Origin: Frankiaceae bacterium
GTDB taxonomy: Bacteria; Actinomycetota; Actinomycetes; BP-191
Assembly (NCBI GenBank): GCA_035556555.1
Contig: DATMES010000022.1
Span: forward strand, 7,577-71,576
Direction: 5' to 3'
DNA length: 64,000 bases
Under the pieces are notes generated by a model. That model was not told where the DNA came from, ran no database searches, and saw only the letters and a program-made list of their open reading frames with translations. Shown here in pieces: positions 59,427 through 64,000 of this stretch. Position 1 is the first letter of the stretch. Each line of letters starts with the position of its first letter. The position numbers and the translations under genes are program-made.

Positions 59427-60526
59427 TCCACGACCACCTTGTGGGTCTCGGTGGCCCACTGGCGGTCCTCGCCGTCGCAGCCTGTCGAGGAGAAGGTCAG
59501 CGTGACCGTGCGCGCGCCCGCCGAGGCGTACTCGTGCGCCGCCTCGTCGGCGAACCTCGTGTTGGGGTAGCGCGCGCCGTCGCCGTCGTCGCACTCGCGG
59601 CTCCCGCGGAACCGCTCGGGCTCGGAGCCGTCGCCCCAGTCGACGAGGACGGACGAGACGTAGCCGTCGGTGTCGCGCAGCGTCCACTCCAGCGTGACCG
59701 TCCGGTAGAACTCGTCGTCGCCATAGAGGTGGCCGACGTGGTCGGCGAACGGCGAGGCGGGGCCGTTGGAGACGACCTTGCCCGGGCGGATCTCGATGGG
59801 AAGGCGGACCGTCTGGCGCTCCTGCTCGACGCCCTCGTCGCAGTAGTCAAACGAGACGACGGTGACGAGCACGGTGTACGTCCCCGGGTTGCGCCAGGCG
59901 TGGGTGAACGACTCGCGCAGCGACCCTGGGTCCTTCTCGTCGGGGCCGTCGGACGGCACGCAGGAGCCGCCGGCGCTGACGGCGCCCTTGGGCTCGCCCT
60001 CGCCCCAGTCGATCACCGGCATCGCGGGCTGGCCGTCGTCGTCCTCGGCCTCGACGGTGAGCGTCACCGACGTCGCCGTGGGCGCGCCGCCCTTCGCCAG
60101 CGTCGCGACGACGCGCAGGCCGCTCTCGCCACCGGCCGACCCGGTGACTGGGCCGGGGTCGGTCGGTGACGGCGTCGCCGGCGGCGCGGTCGTGGCCGTC
60201 GGCTGGTCGCTCGGCGGCGGCGCGCCGGTCCGGGTCGAGTACGGCGTCGGGACGCTCGTCGGGCTCGTGGTCGGCACCAGCTCCTCGGACGGCGTCGCGC
60301 TGGGCGTGTCGACGGCGAGGACGCCGACGGTGCTCTTGTCGCCGCGGTCGAGCGTCGCGACGCCGGTGCCGGCGATCGCGGCGGCGAGGACAGCCGTACC
60401 CGCGATCATCGTCTGGCGGGCACGCTGCCTGCGGGCCATCCGCGCCCCGAGACCAGCGCGCGGGTCGAGGTCGGGCGTGGCCGCGGCGTACGCGGACAGG
60501 GCGCGGCGGACGTCGTCGTCACTCAT
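59423..60526 (-). CDS. ECF-sigma-associated membrane protein with extracytoplasmic PKD-like repeats (putative anti-sigma factor)
   Basis: 8-nt overlap with the upstream ECF sigma stop; short cytoplasmic N-terminus, one TM, PT linker; IDWGEGEP and VDWGDGSEP PKD-like motifs. Confidence 0.6.
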   Translation of the reverse strand: MSDDDVRRALSAYAAATPDLDPRAGLGARMARRQRARQTMIAGTAVLAAAIAGTGVATLDRGDKSTVGVLAVDTPSATPSEELVPTTSPTSVPTPYSTRTGAPPPSDQPTATTAPPATPSPTDPGPVTGSAGGESGLRVVATLAKGGAPTATSVTLTVEAEDDDGQPAMPVIDWGEGEPKGAVSAGGSCVPSDGPDEKDPGSLRESFTHAWRNPGTYTVLVTVVSFDYCDEGVEQERQTVRLPIEIRPGKVVSNGPASPFADHVGHLYGDDEFYRTVTLEWTLRDTDGYVSSVLVDWGDGSEPERFRGSRECDDGDGARYPNTRFADEAAHEYASAGARTVTLTFSSTGCDGEDRQWATETHKVVVD

Positions 60527-61016
60527 GAGCCAGGTCTCCAATGGGAAGCGCGGCGCGCAGCGTCGCGAGCGCGCGGGACGTCGTGCTCTTCACGGTGCCG
60601 ACGGAGCAGCCCATGGCTCGCGCGACCTCGGTCTCGGGCAGGTCCTCGTAGAACCGCAGGACCACCGTGGCGCGCTGGCGGGGCGTGAGCGTGGCGAGCG
60701 CGCGGCCGATCTGGTCGCGCTGGTGCACGGCGTCGTACGCGTCGGCCGCCGCCGGCTCCGGCAGCTCGCCGGTGGGCACCTCGGCGCGCCAGCGCCGCCG
60801 CCACCACGCGACGGACGTCGACGCCATGACGCTGCGGACGTACGCCGGTGCCGACCCCTCGTCGCGCAGGGTGGGCCAGCGCGACCAGGTCTTCACGAGC
60901 GCGGTCTGCAGGAGGTCGTGCGCGAGGTGGGCGTCACCGGTCAGCAGAAATGCCGTCCGCAGCAACGCCCTGCCGTGCGCGTCGACCATGGCGTCGAACG
61001 CCTCCCGCCGTGCCAC
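60519..61016 (-). CDS. ECF (group IV) RNA polymerase sigma factor, copy 1
   Basis: Region 2 (LLQTALVKTW) and region 4 (VVLRFYEDLPETEVARAMGCSVGTVKS); GGAGGGGG RBS before the GTG. Confidence 0.85.
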   Translation of the reverse strand: MARREAFDAMVDAHGRALLRTAFLLTGDAHLAHDLLQTALVKTWSRWPTLRDEGSAPAYVRSVMASTSVAWWRRRWRAEVPTGELPEPAAADAYDAVHQRDQIGRALATLTPRQRATVVLRFYEDLPETEVARAMGCSVGTVKSTTSRALATLRAALPIGDLAHE

Positions 61017-61127
61017 CTGTGTAGCCCCCTCCGTCACCGGCTTCGATGCCCCAGGGTGGCGGAAAGGTTGTGAGCACGTGCGAACGCCCCCGCCGGGGGG
61101 GTGGCAGGGGCGTTCGCGGCTCGCGTA

Positions 61128-62189
61128 CTAGACGGTGATCGTGAGGGTGATGCTCTTGGTCTGGCCCTGGCCGGCGTCGCAGTTCACCGACATCACGGTG
61201 ACCGTGACGGTGTACGTGCCCGGCTCGGCGTAGGAGCGGCCCGCGCCGGTGTTCCACTGGGAGCCCTGGCCGTCGACGCAGGAGTCGAGCGAGCGCGGGC
61301 CGACGTACGACTCCGGCGAGCCGTCGCCCCAGTCGATGTAGAACTTCTTCACGAACCCGTCCGCGTCGGCGCCGGACAGCGAGATCCCGGTCGCGGTCTG
61401 CTTCGCGGAGACCGTCGGCTGCGCGGGGCCGTTGCCGGTCCCCTCGGCGATGACCTTGACGCTCGTCGAGACCGACTTCGTCTCGGTCTCCGCGCCGCAG
61501 CCACCGGTCGTGACCGTCGCCTTGCCGGTGTACGTCCCGGCCTTGGCGTACGTGTGCGAGAAGAACTGCTTGACGCTGGTGCCGTAGCCGCAGGCCTCGC
61601 TCGGCTCGTACACCTTCGACTGCCCGTCGCCGAACTGCACCTCGATCCGCAGCAGGCGGCCCGCGCCGTCGTACGCCTTGACCTTCCAGTCCATCGACTG
61701 GCCGGCGACGGCGTCGGTGTACGGCCAGAACTCGACCTGCAGCGGGTCGCCGGTGACCGTCGGCTTGGACTCCGTCGGCTTCGGCTCGTCCGGGTCCTTC
61801 GTGTACGTCGGCTCGGGCTTGTCCGGCTCGTCGTACGTCGGCTTCGGCTCGTCGGGCGCGTACGTCGGCTTCGGCTTCTCCGTCTTCTTCGCCGTGGGCT
61901 TCGGCTTCGGCGTCGTCGTCGGGTCCGCCTTGGGCGTCTTGACCGCGACCGGCTTGGGGCTCTTCGTCGGCTCCACGATGAGCGAGTCGGATCCGGCGGG
62001 CGTCGTGCTGATGACCTGCGTCGCGCCGAACGCGACCGACGCGACGAGGAACGCCGAGAGCGTGGCCTGCGTGGCGACGCGGCGGCGGGTGTGCACTCGT
62101 TCGATGCGCCTCATGACTGCTCCCCTTCGACCGATGGTGGTGGGGGGCGTGCCTACGAGGTCGTCGAGTGCCCTGCGGATGTCGTTCAC
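61128..62189 (-). CDS. ECF-sigma-associated membrane protein with PKD-like repeats (putative anti-sigma factor), paralog 2
   Basis: GTGA overlap with the sigma stop; same architecture as copy 1; VQFGDGQSK and IDWGDGSPES motifs. Confidence 0.6.
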   Translation of the reverse strand: MNDIRRALDDLVGTPPTTIGRRGAVMRRIERVHTRRRVATQATLSAFLVASVAFGATQVISTTPAGSDSLIVEPTKSPKPVAVKTPKADPTTTPKPKPTAKKTEKPKPTYAPDEPKPTYDEPDKPEPTYTKDPDEPKPTESKPTVTGDPLQVEFWPYTDAVAGQSMDWKVKAYDGAGRLLRIEVQFGDGQSKVYEPSEACGYGTSVKQFFSHTYAKAGTYTGKATVTTGGCGAETETKSVSTSVKVIAEGTGNGPAQPTVSAKQTATGISLSGADADGFVKKFYIDWGDGSPESYVGPRSLDSCVDGQGSQWNTGAGRSYAEPGTYTVTVTVMSVNCDAGQGQTKSITLTITV

Positions 62190-62731
62190 GCCGGCTGCTC
62201 CCTTCGCTCCACGCCCCGCTGGACGGGCAGGACGGAGGCGCCGGGGACGTCCCCGACGAGGCCACGGAGCCGGACGAGCGCCCGCGACGCGGTGCTCTTG
62301 ACGGTCCCGACGCTGCACCCGAGGAGCGATGCGACCTGCGCCTCCGAGAGGTCCTCGTAGAACCGGAGGACCACGATGGCGCGCTGGCGGGGCGGCAGCT
62401 CCGCGAGCGCGCGGCGGAGAGCGTGCCGCGAGTCGACGTCGGCGTACGCGTCGCGAGCGGGGACGTCGGGGAGCTCACCCGTCGCCAGCTCGCCACGCCA
62501 CTTCCGGCGCCACCACGTGGCGTACGTGCGCGCCATGACCTGACGCACGTACGACTCCGCGGCGTCCTTGTCGCGCAGCCTGTCCCACCGGAACCAGGTC
62601 TTGACCAGTGCCGTCTGCAGCAGGTCCTCGGCCAGTCCCCAGTCGCCCGTGAGCAGGTACGCCGTCCGCAGCAGGCTCGCGGCACGGACGTCGACCAGAG
62701 CGTCGAACGCCTCCCGGTCTTCCGTGTCCAC
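62186..62731 (-). CDS. ECF (group IV) RNA polymerase sigma factor, copy 2 (paralog of 60519-61016)
   Basis: REAFDALVD...LLRTAYLLTGD...LLQTALVKTW; strong GGAGAGAGAGGAGGG RBS. Confidence 0.85.
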   Translation of the reverse strand: MDTEDREAFDALVDVRAASLLRTAYLLTGDWGLAEDLLQTALVKTWFRWDRLRDKDAAESYVRQVMARTYATWWRRKWRGELATGELPDVPARDAYADVDSRHALRRALAELPPRQRAIVVLRFYEDLSEAQVASLLGCSVGTVKSTASRALVRLRGLVGDVPGASVLPVQRGVERREQPA

Positions 62732-62967
62732 GAGCCCTCCTCTCTCTCCGTTGGCGTCTAGGACTACCTGGGTACGTGGTTAGGTTGAGCCGTCGTCACT
62801 CTCAGTGATCGGGTATTTCTGAGGACGGGTCGTACGCCCGTCCGGGCTACTCCGGTCGTGGCGCGCGGCTCTTCGTGATCTTGGCCGCATCCGTGTCGCC
62901 CGGGCAGCACAGACGCAACCAAGATCACGTCCATCGGAACGTCGGGCGCGTCGTTAGGCTGGGCAGC

Positions 62968-63732
62968 ATGCAGATCGGGGCGCACGTCGACCGCCAGGAC
63001 CCCGTCGCCGAGGCGAAGGCGCGCGAGGCGGACCTCGTGCAGTTCTTCCTCAGCGACCCGCAGGGGTGGAAGAAGCCGGAGCCGCGCGAGGACGCCACCG
63101 CGCTGCGGGCCAGCGGCGTGACGCTCTACGTGCACGCGCCGTACATCGTCAACGTCGCGTCGCTCAACAACAAGATCCGCATCCCGTCGCGCAAGATCCT
63201 CGCCGACCAGTGCGCCGCGGCGGCCGAGATCGGGGCCACCGCCGTCATCGTTCACGGCGGGCACGTCGGCTCCGAGGACGAGGTCGAGGCGGGGTACGAG
63301 AACTGGCGCAAGACGTTCGAGCGCCTGGAGTCGCCGGTGCCGGTGCTCATCGAGAACACCGCCGGCGGCGACCACGCGATGGCCCGCCGCTTCGACCGGC
63401 TGGCGCGGCTCTGGGACGCCCTCGACGGCTACGACGTCGGCTTCTGCCTCGACACCTGCCACGCCCACGCGGGCGGCGAGGAGCTCGTCGGGATCGTCGA
63501 GCGCGTGCTGTCGATCACCGGCCGCATCGACCTCGTGCACGCCAACGACTCCAAGGACCCGGCCGGCTGCGGCCGCGACCGGCACGAGAACTTCGGCTCC
63601 GGCCAGATCGACCCCGAGGTGCTCGTGGCGGTGGTCGCGGCGGCAGGCGCGCCGGTCGTCTGCGAGACGCCGGGCGGCGCAGAGGGCCAGGCGAACGACA
63701 TCGCGTTCCTCCGCGACCGCCTGCCGCGCTGA
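62968..63732 (+). CDS. nfo: Endonuclease IV (AP endonuclease, xylose-isomerase-like TIM barrel)
   Basis: Colinear with the mycobacterial End / E. coli Nfo family, including [25 protein letters not shown] and CLDTCHA. Confidence 0.85.
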   Translation: MQIGAHVDRQDPVAEAKAREADLVQFFLSDPQGWKKPEPREDATALRASGVTLYVHAPYIVNVASLNNKIRIPSRKILADQCAAAAEIGATAVIVHGGHVGSEDEVEAGYENWRKTFERLESPVPVLIENTAGGDHAMARRFDRLARLWDALDGYDVGFCLDTCHAHAGGEELVGIVERVLSITGRIDLVHANDSKDPAGCGRDRHENFGSGQIDPEVLVAVVAAAGAPVVCETPGGAEGQANDIAFLRDRLPR

Positions 63733-63822
63733 GTTTTTCCGGACATTTCCGGCGCGTACCTTCCCGGGGGTCGGCGGCGTTAGTAGGGTTCCGCGCACGC
63801 TCGACCGTGGGGGGATCCACGT

Positions 63823-64000
63823 ATGCAGTACCGCCGCCCAGCCCGGCTCGTTCTTGCCTTGTCACTGCTCGCCGTCGGCTTCGCCGTTCCCGCGACGTCG
63901 TCGGCCGCGCCGTTCTCCTTCGCGCGCGTCGCCGTCGGCTCGCTGACCGCACCGCTGACGCGGACGTTCGCCGTGCCCTCCGGCGCGGTGCTCGCCGGCG
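63823..64000 (+). CDS. 5' end of a secreted protein gene (partial; signal peptide MQYRRPARLVLALSLLAVGFAVPATSSAA)
   Basis: ATG with a signal peptide; the ORF runs off the end of the window. Confidence 0.4.
   Translation, partial: MQYRRPARLVLALSLLAVGFAVPATSSAAPFSFARVAVGSLTAPLTRTFAVPSGAVLAG

Noticed and set aside
62760-62870. Possible degenerate third copy of the palindromic element family (GGGTACG ... CTACTCCGGTCG) upstream of nfo
   Set aside because: It shares only short fragments and has no intact inverted repeat, so it cannot be distinguished from chance.

Overview
This is a high-GC (about 72%) actinobacterial chromosomal window with Mycobacterium-like gene order, organised around a purine-biosynthesis supercluster. 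The pur genes run in the order purA, purD, purE, purB, purC, purS, purQ, purL, purF, purM and are repeatedly interrupted by accessory genes. The interrupting genes include a class II autoinhibited Fic protein convergent with purA, several small secreted cysteine-rich peptides, a membrane-anchored HExxH protein between purS and purQ, and a tandem family of paralogous secreted proteins between purQ and purL. Other recognisable genes include: class I fructose-bisphosphate aldolase, DedA, dodecin, a FetAB-like ABC exporter, an OatA-like acyltransferase-SGNH protein, a vapBC toxin-antitoxin pair, a GAF histidine kinase with a receiver-only regulator, gltB, and bkdABC. gltB has no gltD after it; a low-GC islet sits there instead. 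The window also holds a TetR-GNAT-thioesterase unit, an orphan type IV pilin, nucS, helD and dnaB. dnaB carries a roughly 405-aa intein in the P-loop that begins with Ala (class 3-like) and has LAGLIDADG motifs. Beyond dnaB lie rplI-rpsR-ssb-rpsF, a cupredoxin, an aldehyde dehydrogenase, two tandem ECF-sigma/PKD-membrane-protein pairs, and nfo. Non-coding observations include a 70-bp palindromic element present in two copies whose stems differ by compensatory changes around a conserved loop. There is a cluster of DnaA-box-like 9-mers with a shared 16-mer upstream of dnaB and of the rpsF operon. Many adjacent genes overlap at ATGA or GTGA junctions, consistent with translational coupling. No rRNA, tRNA, CRISPR array, transposase or integrase was recognised. 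Start coordinates may be off by 1-3 nt, because counting from the printed sequence and from the ORF track disagreed locally.
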